Shown in pieces: positions 50,579 through 63,811 of a stretch of DNA of 64,000 bases. How positions within the stretch are numbered: position 1 is the stretch's first letter; each line of letters starts with the position of its first letter. This DNA comes from Octopus vulgaris (Eukaryota). The stretch is taken from assembly GCA_951406725.2 (NCBI GenBank), contig OX597814.1, positions 107,508,001 through 107,572,000 on the forward strand, written 5' to 3'. Under the pieces are notes generated by a model. It saw only the letters and a program-made list of their open reading frames with translations. It did not search any database and was not told the origin of the DNA. The position numbers and the translations under genes were made by a program.

Positions 50579-52857
50579 TTAAGTATGTGCATGAGATTAT
50601 TTCATTTCCTTTTCTTCTGTTGCAAGTAGCCAGTTTAAAATAATTGCGCCAATATGCCGTAAGGTTATATTGCCGAAGAAATATTGTCGTTTTTCCATTG
50701 GTTAATATAACTGCTCATATATAAATTCTAAGAATTAGTAAAGAATAATTGTATGGGATTTCGATTCTTTTAAGCCAAGTCGCGCAGTTATAAAAACCCT
50801 GGATTTTAGGAAAAACTTTAGTGTATGTTGGATGTAACTAAACTCCACGACACTCACTCCTTTGAGACATTGGTGATTTTTCATGCCTTGTCCAAGGAAA
50901 ATCCAACAAGTCTTATTTGAGTTGTTGTGATTCATTTATTAGTTAGATTTATGAATTAGATAGTATAATATATAGTCGTAATTCTCTACGACGAGATTTA
51001 TCTTTCTTTCACCTGTATATAATAAAAATTAATTAAGAAACTGTTTTCTCTTTCTTCAACTATGTATAAATATGTATTTCTGTAATGATAAAATTGTATT
51101 TTCTTATAGCGGTTAAATGAACATGAAAATAATATACATACATGACGCTAATATTCGTTAGCGTTCCAGAAAGTATATTTCTCTATGTCATTTATATACT
51201 GTAGTTCGGATTTGCGTATAATGATAACACCTAAGTTATAAGTGATGGTTTAATCATTATATACATCCTTACTCTAAAATCCAAATAATCTATTTCCAAA
51301 TAGGAAACATAATAAGTAGCGTTGCATTAACTGTAAACTAACTTAACTAGGAAATATGGTTGCTTAAAACCGCTGAACTTCAAAGACAAATTTAAAATAT
51401 TTCACTGTTTTATTTTAAAGGCACACCTGTCTGATGGAAATAAAATCCACTCATAAGGTCATGGTTGGCCCAAGTTATAGAAGACACTCGCCCAAGGTTT
51501 CACATGTTGGGACAACTCAGAACCATGTGGTTTAGAAATAAATTTACCACGTGGCCACACCTATACCATAACTGATTTCATAAACCATTTTCAAATTTAA
51601 ATTACCAAACACACGATTGACAAATTCTTTAATGATTAGAGCATCACAATTGGTCTATGTTAATGGTATTTGAGATTTTTCCACCTAAAAAAAAACCTTG
51701 TTATTTTAAAAAATTATGGAATTAGAACAACAGCTTGTGACTTTTTTTTTTTTTTTAATGGGGTTATTTGAACAAGTGACTGTTTCACAGTTGACTAAAA
51801 TATACAGCATGTATACAGATTCTGAAAGGTAACAATTCAAAGTGTACGAACACCAGTGTTCTTGAAACGGTTTCTCAGTCAGAAAGATGGTAAGTCTTGG
51901 AAGGATGGGTCAATTCATATCCAATGATGCTATGTCTGATGGGACTGAAAGGGAATAGAGTATTACAAGCTATTTCTGCAGAATCAGATGAATTCAGACA
52001 AATACTATCTGTCCATAGAACTCACAGCAGCAACTGATGAAAGGGGTTCAGAAAAAGGACAAGGGATGCCATTCAGCTTTTAGCAGGACAACACTAAAGT
52101 CTCTTTTCAGATTTGATAGAAATTAGTACACCTTAGCAGGGGTACCCAACAACACCTGTATTCAGCTGAGCTTTGGATTACCAGGTAAACTACAGAAACC
52201 CGTTTGTCAGTCAGAAAGATGGTAAGTCTTGGAAGGATGGAATCCTGAAGTTACCTCAAGATGGTGAAAGGTAGTGAAACAAAAATGGTGCATATATGGT
52301 TAAATATTAAATATCTTAAACATTGGCTCTGAATTCCATTTGTTTCTACAAACTCTTCTATCCAATCCATGTGTATGCATCTGTCATGGCTATCCAATAT
52401 GTCGGGAGTCTTTTGCTACAATCACTCACAGATAAACTAATATGGTGACGGTTAAAAATTTTCCAGCGCAGTGACTTTCACCTGTACTTACCTGTAATTA
52501 AAAGACTTCTTTTGAGAGAAAAATCCTGTGCCAAACTCAAAGGAAAGTCACCTAAATTGAGCTAAAATCACATTAACCATTGAGAGCACTTTGTCAAATA
52601 AAATGTTCGTTCACATTGTTTGAATCATGTATTGCCTGATAGCTTTACAATTTTGATGATGTGATTGCTTATAATTACGACATTGTACAATGGTACAAGA
52701 GGCCAGATCTGGCTAGTTTGAACATATTTGAATATTTGGGCTGGATCTGGCCAGTCTAAATGCTAAAAAGTTAATTTCTTCATATAAACTCACATGGGAC
52801 CATACTTGGTCCTCAAAAAAGCTCTTTGTTGTAAATTCATCTTTTTCTCTCAAAATC

Positions 52858-53220
52858 TCATCATCGTTCATCATTTAATGTCCGCTTTCCATGCTAGCAT
52901 GGGTTGGACGAATGACTGAGGTTGGCTAACCAGATGGCTGCACCAGGCTTCAATCTTGATCTGGCAGAGTTTCTACAGCTGGATACCCTTCTAATGCCAA
53001 CTACTCTGAGAGTGTAGTGGGTGCTTTTACGTGCCACCGGCAGGGGCGCCAGTCAGGCGGTATTGGCAACGACCTCGTTTGAATCTTTTACACATGCCAC
53101 CGACACAGGTGCCACTGAGGCGATGCTGGTAACGATCACACTCGAATGGTGTCTTTTACGTGCCACCGGCACGGAGGCCAGATAGCCACCCTGGCAACGA
53201 TCACGCTCAGATGGTGCTCA
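52858..53220 (-). mobile_element. RTE 3'-end-derived repeat (further copies near 16000, 18660, 24470, 25350, 31290, 37725, 39170, 40450, 43690, 48085, 54015, 59490)
   Basis: Reverse complement of the 5200-5608 module. Confidence 0.8.
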
Positions 53221-55986
53221 GGCTGTTTTATAATCCACACACCAGCTTTTTGCCACCACAAGTGTAAAAGGCACAGGTGTAAAAGGTAAGATTAATAGCA
53301 ATCCCCACTTCCTGGGCTTTAATATAAAGGACATTAAGTCTCATTACCAACCAGTAACAAAAACAAAAAAAAACCCATCTATTTACAAATGGATGGTGAG
53401 ATTTTTCATGTCCAGTGTGTTTGCAGCAATACAGCAGAGGCAAACCCATAAAAAGGAATGCAAAAGATTTGTGTTAATTGTACACAGCGGAGGAAGTGAT
53501 GCAAGTTAGAAACAAATAAAGCAGAATATATCATTTGAAAATCATCCGTTTGTTACCATTACAGCTGCAGATTATTTTTTAACCAGAATTTTAGTTTAAA
53601 GATATAGAACAAATTGCAGTGTATGTGTGTTTATATATAATTATGGTACTAATCAGGTTATCAGATGTTATACATCACTGCTCACAATGCACTTTGTATT
53701 GTTTTAGCTCTTTACTGATACCACCCCACTGACTAGCAGTGCAGGTCAGCATTTCCCCTGACCGGAAGGGGAAATGCGTTGCAGGGTGACTCCTTTACAG
53801 CAGTCGTTCTGGGAATCGAACCTAGGACCCTGAGTGCCACACCCCTAACCATTAGGCTATACCCTGCGATACTGCCACATAAGGCACCCAGTACACATTA
53901 CAGTGCCTGGCATTACAAACGGCATCCAACTAGAGAAACCCTGCCAAAACAGATTATGGAACCTTGTGTGGACCCAGGCCTAACCAGCATGTAAAACGGA
54001 CATTAAAAGAGGATCATCATCATCATTGTTTAACGCCCGTTTTCCGTGCTGGCATGGGTTGGACGGCTCGACAGGGGTCTGGGAAGACAGGAGGCTGAAC
54101 AAGGCTCCAGTCTGATCTGGCAGTGTTTCTACAGCTGGATGCCCTTCCTAACGCCAACCACTCCGTGAGTGCTTTTTATTAGCCGGTCAAGGCGGCGCTG
54201 GCATTGTTATATGTAAACCTATTACTTTTAGCACTCGCTACTAGCCGTTTGTCATATTTATCCTCCTTAAAATGCAGTTGTGTGAGAACCTGTATGGTAT
54301 CACGAACAGCAGACTGCATCTGTTTCTATGCATTCAATGTTCAACTGCAAGACTTACCTTTGCAATCCACCCACAACAGCTCTTCAATTTTACTGCTCCA
54401 CCCTAGGCTAACTTATGTTAACGCCGTCTCTGCATATATATCAAAATTTACACTACCTATCCATTAACGTTCAATCCCAAGTTCAAATGCCGCCAGGTTC
54501 GATGCTGCCCTCCACCCTGTCGAAGTCAGAAACTTCCAGTTTAACACTGGGGTCCGCGTAATCGACTACCCACAACCAATTTGCTGGTCTAGTGTCCAAA
54601 TTTGAAAGGAACATTAATCCAAGAGCAGCATCTCATATTCACAAAATGGTCCACAGTTTTAGGAAACTAGTTTGCTTTAGATTCCAATGAAATAGAGAAA
54701 AAGAAGTGTATTCTAGGTTGAAATTGCCAACAAAATGAGTTAATGATTTATGGAGAAGCACTTTAGATTGCTAACTAAAGGTTCCCTGCTTGCAAACTAT
54801 CATTTATCTTCTGCTTGTCTCTGTCATCACACTGGGGCAACAAGCAGAGTTGTGTTGGAGGCAAGCAGTCAGATAGGATGCAAGGGGAGTCAGGTTGGGA
54901 AGCAAGGAGAGTGAGACGGGAAGTGAGGAGAGTCGGGTGGGAAGTGATGCTGGGGCAACAACTTGATAAATTCTAGTTGGTACTTTTCTTTTTCTGAAGC
55001 CTAGTATTTATTCTGTTGGTCTCTTGCCACAACTGCAAAATTTTAGGGATGTAAACACACCACCACCAGTTGTCAGCCGATGGTGGGGGAAACAAAGATG
55101 CACAATGTACAGCAGACTTCCTTCAGTTTCTGTCAGCCAAATCCATTCACAAGGCCCCTACGATATAGGAGACACTTGACCACGGGGTCATGCAGTGGGA
55201 CTGAACCTGGAAACACAGTTGGGAGGCAAGCTTCATACCAGAGTCAGGCCTAAAGAAAAACACCTAAAATGGTTTTTAATTTTTACAAGGAATAGCAGAA
55301 TTTTTTTGAATGTCAGAAAATTTGTTCTTGTTGTTTTATGCTCTCAATTCAAAACCTGCTATGTTCAACTTTTGTCTTCCATCTTTCCACAGTTGATAAA
55401 ATATAGTAACAGTGAAATGCTGGAGGCACTAACTGACAAAGAACCTTCCCTCCTCCAAATATCAGGACTTGTATACAGGGGTGGGTGCAAAAGTAGGTAT
55501 ACAGTAACACATCAAGCTTATAATACTTAATTCATTAAAATTATCAGCACATTAAATTAGCTTCATTTGATATTTTCAGTGTCACATTACATTTAATCCT
55601 TTCATTACTCTATTTCTGTTGAGATACTCTGTGTTTCTTCTAATTACTTTAAATATAACAAAGAATTCAGTACTAGAGCCAGAGCTGGTTTCAGCCGGGT
55701 TGCTAGCAAAAGGGTTAAAATAATACTTTTATTACAAGTTAATTTTGACAAAAATGAGTGTCCTACAGGTTTCTTTTCCATAACTGCATACCTACTTTTG
55801 CACCACCCAATATATGCTAACATAATGAACCAAAAAAAAAAAAAAAAAATCAATGCAAATAACATTATGTCCACAGCTTTGCAGCTTTTTGAGAAATGAT
55901 AAAAAGTAATGCTACAAGGACATCTTGACACACACTTCAACAAAAATCACAAGAATTCTACAGCAAACAGGAAAAAGTCTACTTAC

Positions 55987-56052
55987 CAAATTTTGCTCTG
56001 TACTTTCACCTCCTACAACTGTGCATATTTCACCGAAGTTAGACGCACATAT
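55987..56052 (-). CDS. PPP4R1: PPP4R1 exon (ICASNFGEICTVVGGESTEQNL)
   Basis: 66 nt, phase 0 to 0, canonical splice sites. Confidence 0.92.
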
Positions 56053-59000
56053 CTATAGAAAGACATAAAGAGTATAGAACTGTTGGAAATAGCAACCAAC
56101 TCAGTGCCAAGCTTCCCAAGTTAATTAATCCATAAACATTCAGACTACTCTTGTCAAATATAACAATCTTTTATTCACATCATTTTAAATTAATCATCAT
56201 TGATAGGATCGTTACTTTCAGAATGACATTGTAAGAAAGGTGTGATAGGCCTCGTCTGGCTGGTTTGAACATTGCATGGGTAGAATATTTGGGTTGGGTA
56301 CGGCTGGTTTAAATGCTTAAGGGTTTAACAATTTAGCTAACTAAGTGCATGAAATAACAGTCACACCGATTCTACAAAATAAAACACACAAAAAATCTGC
56401 CCTTTCAGAGGACCATGTCCTTAATTGTTGAATACTGGGAATGAATGTCAAGTCGAACAATATCTTATCAGGATGGTTATGAAGGATTCAGTATTTTAAT
56501 TCTTATATATCACTGGATTACCAAGACACTGCATTGCAGATGGAGGCCTTTTCCATTGCTAACTCACCTGTATTTCAGTGTCATGGTTTTGTTTCGACTG
56601 CACTCACCATTAAAAGCAGAGCTACAGGTTTTAGCTGAATGCTTCCACGTTGAAGTGTCAAATGTAGACAATCAGAAAGACACACATCCTGATAGCTTCA
56701 GTATGCATCAGAGTTTACCAAGGCAGATTTTGCCATTTCTGTTGCCAACCCTCACACCTGCTTCCAAATAAGGTAGTATTTCACAGAATATTGAAAATGT
56801 AATAGAATTTACAACAATTATATGATGTGAAGACAAGGCGATATGGATATTTACACGACAGGCTTTTTTCACACTTTCCATCAACCAAGTCAACCCACAA
56901 AGCTTTCATCAGCTTGGGGCTATATTTGGAAACACTTGCCCAAGGTGTCATGCTGTGGGACTGAACCCGGAACCATGCAGTTGGAAAGCAAACTTCTCAA
57001 CCACACAAACATGTTTTCATACTGTTGCAGTCCACAGTGGAGATAAGTCACCCAGGAAAGCGCTGGACTGAAAGAACTAAAAGCAGTATTTAGAGAACAC
57101 TGGTTAGATGACCTTTGCTGTAACTACAGAAGTGAGAACAGAGGTAATAAAATGTAAAATGGTGCAGTACCAAATTTATTTACTCCAAACATTCAAGTGA
57201 ACACATGACCCTAGATCAGTCACACTTGAACTGAATTGCTTGCTAGCTGGAAACCTTGACAACAAAACTGACAGCACCACAAACTAGGAGGACTGGCAAT
57301 TCAATGAAACAAGAAATGAAACCTTTATTATGTGTCCCTGGAGACCATTATCTCATCACCTGGCACAAAGCCTCCGCTCCCAACCTTAATACCACTCCCC
57401 TGCTTCACAGCCAGGGGTTGCAAGTCTGGCAAGTAACACTGTAAAGTGGTTGGATCCACCAGCTCCAGTCAAGCAATCCAACTCATGCCAGCATGGAAAA
57501 CAGATGTTGACAATGATCACAACTTTCTTTGCAGATATGGCTGCGATCTTAAGCTTACATCCCAACCAGCACAATTTGCGCAATAATTATAAACAAGTGT
57601 CACTGACGTACAAGCAGTGTCATTTCCAATATTCTGTGAAAATATGTCTGGCCATTTGGAAAATATTACCTTGCTTGGAAACAGGTGAGGGTCGATGACA
57701 AAGAAGGAATCTAGTTTCAAAAAATCTGCTTCAATAAACTCCACATGACCCATACAAGCATGGAAAAGAGGATGACAAAATATTTGAGACCAAATCTTCA
57801 CGTTCTGTAACCAGACCAGAATTGTTCTAAACAAGGAGACCTGTTAGAACTGAATAGCCCTGCTCTTTCAGTTAACAACTATGTGTCAGTTTTATCAGAA
57901 GCCCAACACACTAGAAACAGGAGTAAGGGCAACAAAAATATAAATAAATTAATCCTTCCATAGAACTACACAGCCTCTGTATTGACTGAGGGGAAAACAA
58001 TTTAGTAAAATAGATTTAGCATTATAAAGTCGGTCATGACACAGAATTTAGCAAATTACAAAAGGTCCTAATATAGAGAGCTTGACTGCCTTAGTATTCA
58101 GGTTACTCTGCAAGTGTAATGCTTCTTTTTTTTTTCAACTTTATTGTAAATACCTTCAAGATGACGGGATTGCTTATTTTTACAGTGACATCACAGGTCA
58201 GGTGTAAGAGGCCAGATCCGGCCAGTATAAGCAGAAGGCAAGTAGAATACTTTGGCTGGATATGATAGGTTAACAGAATTAAATCAGGAAGTTTATATCC
58301 CAAAACTAGGAACCATTCTCATAAAACTGGTGGAAAAACTGACCATTCAGATTTCTAAATCAAAGTTTTAAATGAATATAAAATTTAGTTAATTAAATGA
58401 TCTTTTGTTTCAGTGGAGCCATGCTGGGGTACTGCCTTGAATTATCAACTGCAGTTTTGTTTTGTTTTTTTTCTACCAAACCACTAAGTTACAGGGGACA
58501 AACGAGAGAGTTGTCTTCCTTCAGTTTCCCTCTGCCAAAATCTACTAAATCAGCTCTGGGGTATAGAAGAACAAAAAAAACTCACCACGCAGTAGGACAA
58601 AACCATGAAATGTGGGATTGGAGGCAGGGGAAAGCAATCTTCTTACCACACAGCCATACCTGTCCCGATGTCATTTAAAAGTGACAAGAACACTGGAGTA
58701 CATTAAAAAAAAACAACAAAAAAACTGTTTTTACCCAGTAAATTCCTAATCCCAGCCACAGGACTGCCAGAAACGAACAATCCCCTAGGATTGCAAACAA
58801 CCATTTTAACACTTGATGCCAACCCCTCTGAAATCACCCAGGCTTCCAAACTATGAGCCAACAGTTTTAAAGTAATCTAAATTAAAACCTTCCATTAAGT
58901 TTCAAACACCAACTCAATTACAGAAATTATTTCATTATCTTGAAAAGGGGTTTAGATAATTGTACTTTGACGGGAGTGATACAAACGTCCTATTTTAACC

Positions 59001-60068
59001 CTTTGACACAGATTACTTTATGTCAAATAATTCTTATTTATTCACATGGTTTTCAGTTAATCATTCATTACCTTGTAGCGTTTAAATTCCCATGTGATTA
59101 TTTGTAGAATGACACAGTAGGTTAGGTGTGAAAGGCCAGATAAAGCCAATTTCAACAAACAAAGGTAGTGTTTTGCATCAAATACGACCAGTTTAAATTG
59201 ACCTAGTAGCTCTCCATCAAGATTTCAAGTAAATTTATATTCCAAACAGTGGCTTAACAATAACACTTTACTAAATTCTTATTCTGAAAATTAAAAGTCA
59301 GTATATTTCAACATAAATATATGAACCTCCGTCTGTTACCAAATTGTTCCCTTATACCACCAGTTCTTAACCATTTTTTGCCTATGGATCTCTCCAATTC
59401 CTATTTTACTCTATTGAACTTCGTAGCCATTTCACACTTTAAAAAATCCTCTATTTCATAATAACTATTAGAAACTGTCAAGATGACCACTTTCCATACT
59501 GGCATGGTTTGGACAGTTTGACTGAAAACAGCCAAGCCGGGGAGACTGCACCAGGTTCCAATTCAACAAGGTTTCTACACATGGCTGCCCTTCCTAACAC
59601 CAACCACGCCGAGAGTGTAATGGGTGTTTTTTTATGTGCCACAAGCATGGGTGCCAATGACCTGACACCAGCATCAGCTAGTCTCTCTTGGCTCGATGGG
59701 TCTAACCAAGCATGGTATCACCAACGGTCTTGGTCACCTGGTACTGCCTCCATGAGGCCCAACATTCGAACAGTGCTTTTTACGTGCCACCAGCACAGGT
59801 ACCAGCTACAACTACAATTTCACTAAATTGTAGAAAAAAATATTTGTGTATTATAGAATCACTCCCCCATATATTACTGGTAAATTTTAATGCCCAAGTC
59901 TTATAATGACCCTAGCTGAGAACCATTTGTTTTAAAGCTATCTGGTATCAAAAGTACCTTGAAATTTAGTTGAATTTCTAGAAAACGATTTACATATAGA
60001 AATGTCTTCTGATCTATTGGAGGAAAGGGAAATAAAAAATATTGCTGTTTGACGAGCCCATAGCTTAC

Positions 60069-60173
60069 CCTTCTCACATGGAATAGAGGGTCTGAACACA
60101 TTTGAGTAAAACGGGCAAGAAACAAACGTTCAGTCATTTCTCTTCCTAGCAAAGGCGCCATTTTGCACATCAA
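60069..60173 (-). CDS. PPP4R1: PPP4R1 exon (LMCKMAPLLGREMTERLFLARFTQMCSDPLFHVRR); 5'-most exon found in the window
   Basis: 105 nt, caacag|...|gtaag; MCKMAP..G...TERL and FHVR signature. Confidence 0.93.
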
Positions 60174-62235
60174 CTGTTGAAAGAAATCCAGAAATACATG
60201 TGAGCATTGAGAAAAATTCTTGGACAGCAATATCAAGGAGTGAAACACAGAAACACAAGAACAAAAAACTTTGACAAGACAGTATTTTCTGCTGTAACAC
60301 TATATTTCTTATAATCCAGAAACCAGAATGGGTTTACTATTTTTCTGGTCAAGATCATTAAGGTTAATTAGTAACAATTCATCAGAAGGAAACTAAGTTA
60401 ATTAAATTCTTTTAAATGGTTTTAAGTTTAAAAAAAAAATACTAGATTATTGTACAAACTTCACTGATAAAAATTCATATTTGTTATGTGTATCTAGATC
60501 ACGTGATTTAGTATGGAACTTCATTGCCCTTTAATATTTAGATATGAAACTAATACTTTATGCTATTCCACCATAACTACTGCTGCTACTACAACTACTA
60601 CTACTACTACTAAACCTTGTCAAACATAAAACAAAGAAAATCGGAAGAAACTCACAAAAATCAACAGCTTGCTAACTGGAAAATAGTTTTGCCGCCAATT
60701 CTAACATGGTGTTTGGGCAGAAAATGGATTATCAACTGCACTGAAATAGGCTTTAATCCACAGATGATCATTGCTATCATCTTTTATAATGAGCAAACAA
60801 TAGAAAAGAAAATACAGAAACAAAATCGGAGTACAATGGGTGAAGAAGCAGCCTCTCTGAGGAGGAATGAGTATGGCTCGTTGAATTTTATTGGAAATTT
60901 TAACAGCGAGGCATCAAGGATGACAACCAATGGTAAAAACTCATTTTAACCATGGAAATAGATTTTTAACAGTTTTGGGAAGAAAACATCCATTACACAA
61001 CTCAAAGAATGGTTTAGAACCAAACTAATCATTTTACAAACACATTTCCACCACTATTTCATTGTATGATGATGGTATTAACTGCTTTAAAGTACCAAAG
61101 AATATTTTGTAAGCATTATTGCTAGTTTTACACATGTTCTTCAGAAGCACCAATTTCAACTTATTCCCTTCAACAAATATTCCAGTTAAAACTAAACTAC
61201 TACCCATCTACAGAAGTTATTTTCCACCACCCCTTAACTTTGTAATTCAACCCAACACCTTATACTGTTTCTGGAGATTATCTTACATATGAAAGCTAGA
61301 ATTTTCTGTGCCCAAGAGAAATTTGATACAACAAACCAATATGAATTTCTCATCTCAAAAAGAATGAAAAGAAAAAAAAACAGTCCTGTGGGTGCAGAAT
61401 AAACTAATTCTGTCCTTTGAGGAAAGGACTTGGAGGGAAAAAAAAAGGAAAAACCCTACCAATGTTTTCATGCAAACACTTTAAAATGTCGGGTTTATTT
61501 TAGACCTCAAAACATGCACATAACTATGTAAAAGTGGAACAGCAAAAATCTCTAAAAGAAAACTTCTACCAGTAACCCTTTTGATACCAACACACATTTG
61601 GGACCTTATTCTCCAACACTAACAGTGTTTAAATTGTTCTCAAAACCTTATGAAAATTTCATGTTAATCTACATTCCAAACATCAGCTTAAAGTTATAGA
61701 GACAAAGCACATTTCAATAGAAATATGGTAACAAAAGGGTTAAAGTGATCTAAGTGGAAAAAAATTATTTTTCTCAAATGAATAGAACGACATCATTTCC
61801 AACAAGACAAACTATGTAAATCTGCTGGCACCTAATGCAAACCTCTACATCAGCAGTCCTCAACCATTTTTTCCCCTATTTCTTTCGATTTTACTTGAGT
61901 TAGACTTTCGTTCAATTTTTAAAATATCTTTATTTTTTATTAAATATTTAGAATTAATAAAAAAGTTATTTTATGTAAAAAAAAGCATAAGCAATTTATT
62001 GCAGATAAATTTTAGTAAAATTGTAAATTGAGCTTGGTTGAGATCCACTGTTCTATATTAATGTGAAACTGATTGGAGGCGAGAGAGAGAAACATTGGTA
62101 CTTTAAAGCCAAAACTGGTAATTCCAGAACATTTTATACACAAAAAGAAAAAAAAAAAGGGGACAGCAAGTGTTTGTTGCCGCTGCTGCTGCTGCTGCTA
62201 ATGACAACAATGGTGGCATCTGAATTTGCAGTGAA

Positions 62236-62313
62236 GGGCTTCCTCTCATCAAAGCAGGCTGTGATATGAAGGATTGGAAAGCATATGACAGCCACTTTGA
62301 TGAAAGGAGATCC
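62236..62313 (-). ncRNA. mir-2: pre-miR-2 family hairpin 1; 3p arm TATCACAGCCTGCTTTGATGAGAG (62243-62266)
   Basis: miR-2 seed ATCACAG; complementary 5p arm TTCATCAAAGTGGCTGTCATATG. Confidence 0.9.
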
Positions 62314-62335
62314 CAGCCATCGCTGTATGGTCTCA

Positions 62336-62410
62336 TGTTTGAGCTCATCAAAGCTGGCTGTGATATGGTTTAGTGAGAACACATCACCACCACTTTGGTG
62401 ACTTAAAGCA
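62336..62410 (-). ncRNA. mir-2: pre-miR-2 hairpin 2; 3p arm TATCACAGCCAGCTTTGATGAGC (62343-62365), canonical miR-2a sequence
   Basis: Exact canonical mature sequence; 5p arm GTCACCAAAGTGGTGGTGATGTG. Confidence 0.95.
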
Positions 62411-62776
62411 GAGAGCAGAGCCCCCGACAACACAAGAACGGAGGGGGCTATCTGGCTGAGTTATCTCCAACAAGTCATTGTCTGAAAAGGGAATCCTACA
62501 GCTACAGAAGGCACCGCTTTTGGGGACGATCAATGATTTAAGTGGTCCTGGGATATATCAAGAGAACATAGCACAATTGAAAAAAATACGTCAAACAATA
62601 ACTAAAACAATTTTTTTTTTTTTTTATAATTTCAGTTCCCCAACATTTAATTTTTTATTTGAAGAATATTTCTGAAAATACATTGGTCTATGAAAACTAA
62701 ATGACTTCTAAATGATAAAAATGAGGAATATTAAATTTCTAAGACAAAGTAAACACAAGTAAATTGGAGGTGAAAT

Positions 62777-62860
62777 AACCCAAGTGTAGCTCATCAAAGC
62801 TAGCTGTGATATGTCAGAAAGTCAGCATATCCCAGCTCTTTAATGAGTTACAATAGGGTC
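62777..62860 (-). ncRNA. mir-2: pre-miR-2 hairpin 3; 3p arm TATCACAGCTAGCTTTGATGAGC (62789-62811)
   Basis: Hairpin with 5p arm ACTCATTAAAGAGCTGGGATATG. Confidence 0.9.
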
Positions 62861-62971
62861 GGAACATCAAAACAAATTCAACATTTATTGACATAAACAA
62901 CATCTTAATCCAGCAAGAACATTAAATTTCCCCCGTCAACTAAAATGGTGAGAAGTGTGCCAAAATAAACC

Positions 62972-63048
62972 AAGTCCCAGCTCATCAAAGCTAGCTGTGA
63001 TATGTCATAATAGCAGCATATCCCAGTTATTTGATGAGTTACAACTAA
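62972..63048 (-). ncRNA. mir-2: pre-miR-2 hairpin 4; 3p arm TATCACAGCTAGCTTTGATGAGC (62980-63002)
   Basis: Hairpin with 5p arm ACTCATCAAATAACTGGGATATG. Confidence 0.88.
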
Positions 63049-63166
63049 GCCACTAGAATTCAGGGTGCCAGATACAAAAGCATGAAGAAAAACATGGAAA
63101 GGGACATAAAGTTGGGAAAAAGGAGAGAGAAAATATCCAGGAGGGTTAACCAGGTTGCTGAGAACA

Positions 63167-63248
63167 ACCAAGTTGAAGCTCATCAAAGCTAGCTGTGATA
63201 CGTCATTATAACCGCATATCCCAGTTATTTGATGAGATACAACATGGT
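63167..63248 (-). ncRNA. mir-2: pre-miR-2 hairpin 5; 3p arm TATCACAGCTAGCTTTGATGAGC (63178-63200)
   Basis: Hairpin with 5p arm TCTCATCAAATAACTGGGATATG. Confidence 0.88.
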
Positions 63249-63471
63249 CAATAGATACACGCAGAGAACTATGTCTAATTCAGAAATGCCAATCGGAGGA
63301 GGGAAACAAAATAAATTAATCTAACCATTTATTCTTGCCAAACACTTCACACAAAATTAGGGGAAAAAAAAAGTCATGTAAATTAAATACAAAAAAAACC
63401 TCACACAACTAACAGGTTTATAAAAAACAAAAAGGAACATCTCAAGCGACATGTGGATTTGTGATGCTTTC

Positions 63472-63555
63472 AACAGTGCCCTAGCTCATCAAAGCTAGCT
63501 GTGATACGTCATTTTGTTAGCATATCCCAGCTCTTTGATGAGATACAACACAGTC
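63472..63555 (-). ncRNA. mir-2: pre-miR-2 hairpin 6; 3p arm TATCACAGCTAGCTTTGATGAGC (63484-63506)
   Basis: Hairpin with 5p arm TCTCATCAAAGAGCTGGGATATG. Confidence 0.88.
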
Positions 63556-63660
63556 ACAACACTAAGGATATTGGTTAAAAAAAAAAAGCTGAAGAAAGCT
63601 ATTGCCACACAAAAAACAGGAAAAAAAAAAAAAGGTTTAAAGCTAGCGGAGCAGGGAAGC

Positions 63661-63744
63661 AACCTACAGCCAGCTCATCAAAGCTGGCTGTGAGACGTTC
63701 AAATATCTATATATCACAGTCCTTTGATGAGCTGTAACAAGGTT
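63661..63744 (-). ncRNA. mir-2: pre-miR-2 hairpin 7; 3p arm TCTCACAGCCAGCTTTGATGAGC (63673-63695), seed variant or seed-shifted
   Basis: Canonical miR-2a body but C at position 2; 5p arm GCTCATCAAAGGACTGTGATAT. Confidence 0.85.
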
Positions 63745-63811
63745 AGGAGAGAATAGGCAATGTTAAAAAGGTTTTAAAAAATGGCTGTTGTCAATCCCAA
63801 GGCGTTGGAGC

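Noticed and set aside
52030-52056. Another hammerhead (CTGATGA...GAAA)
   Set aside because: No convincing stem II or stem I/III pairing.
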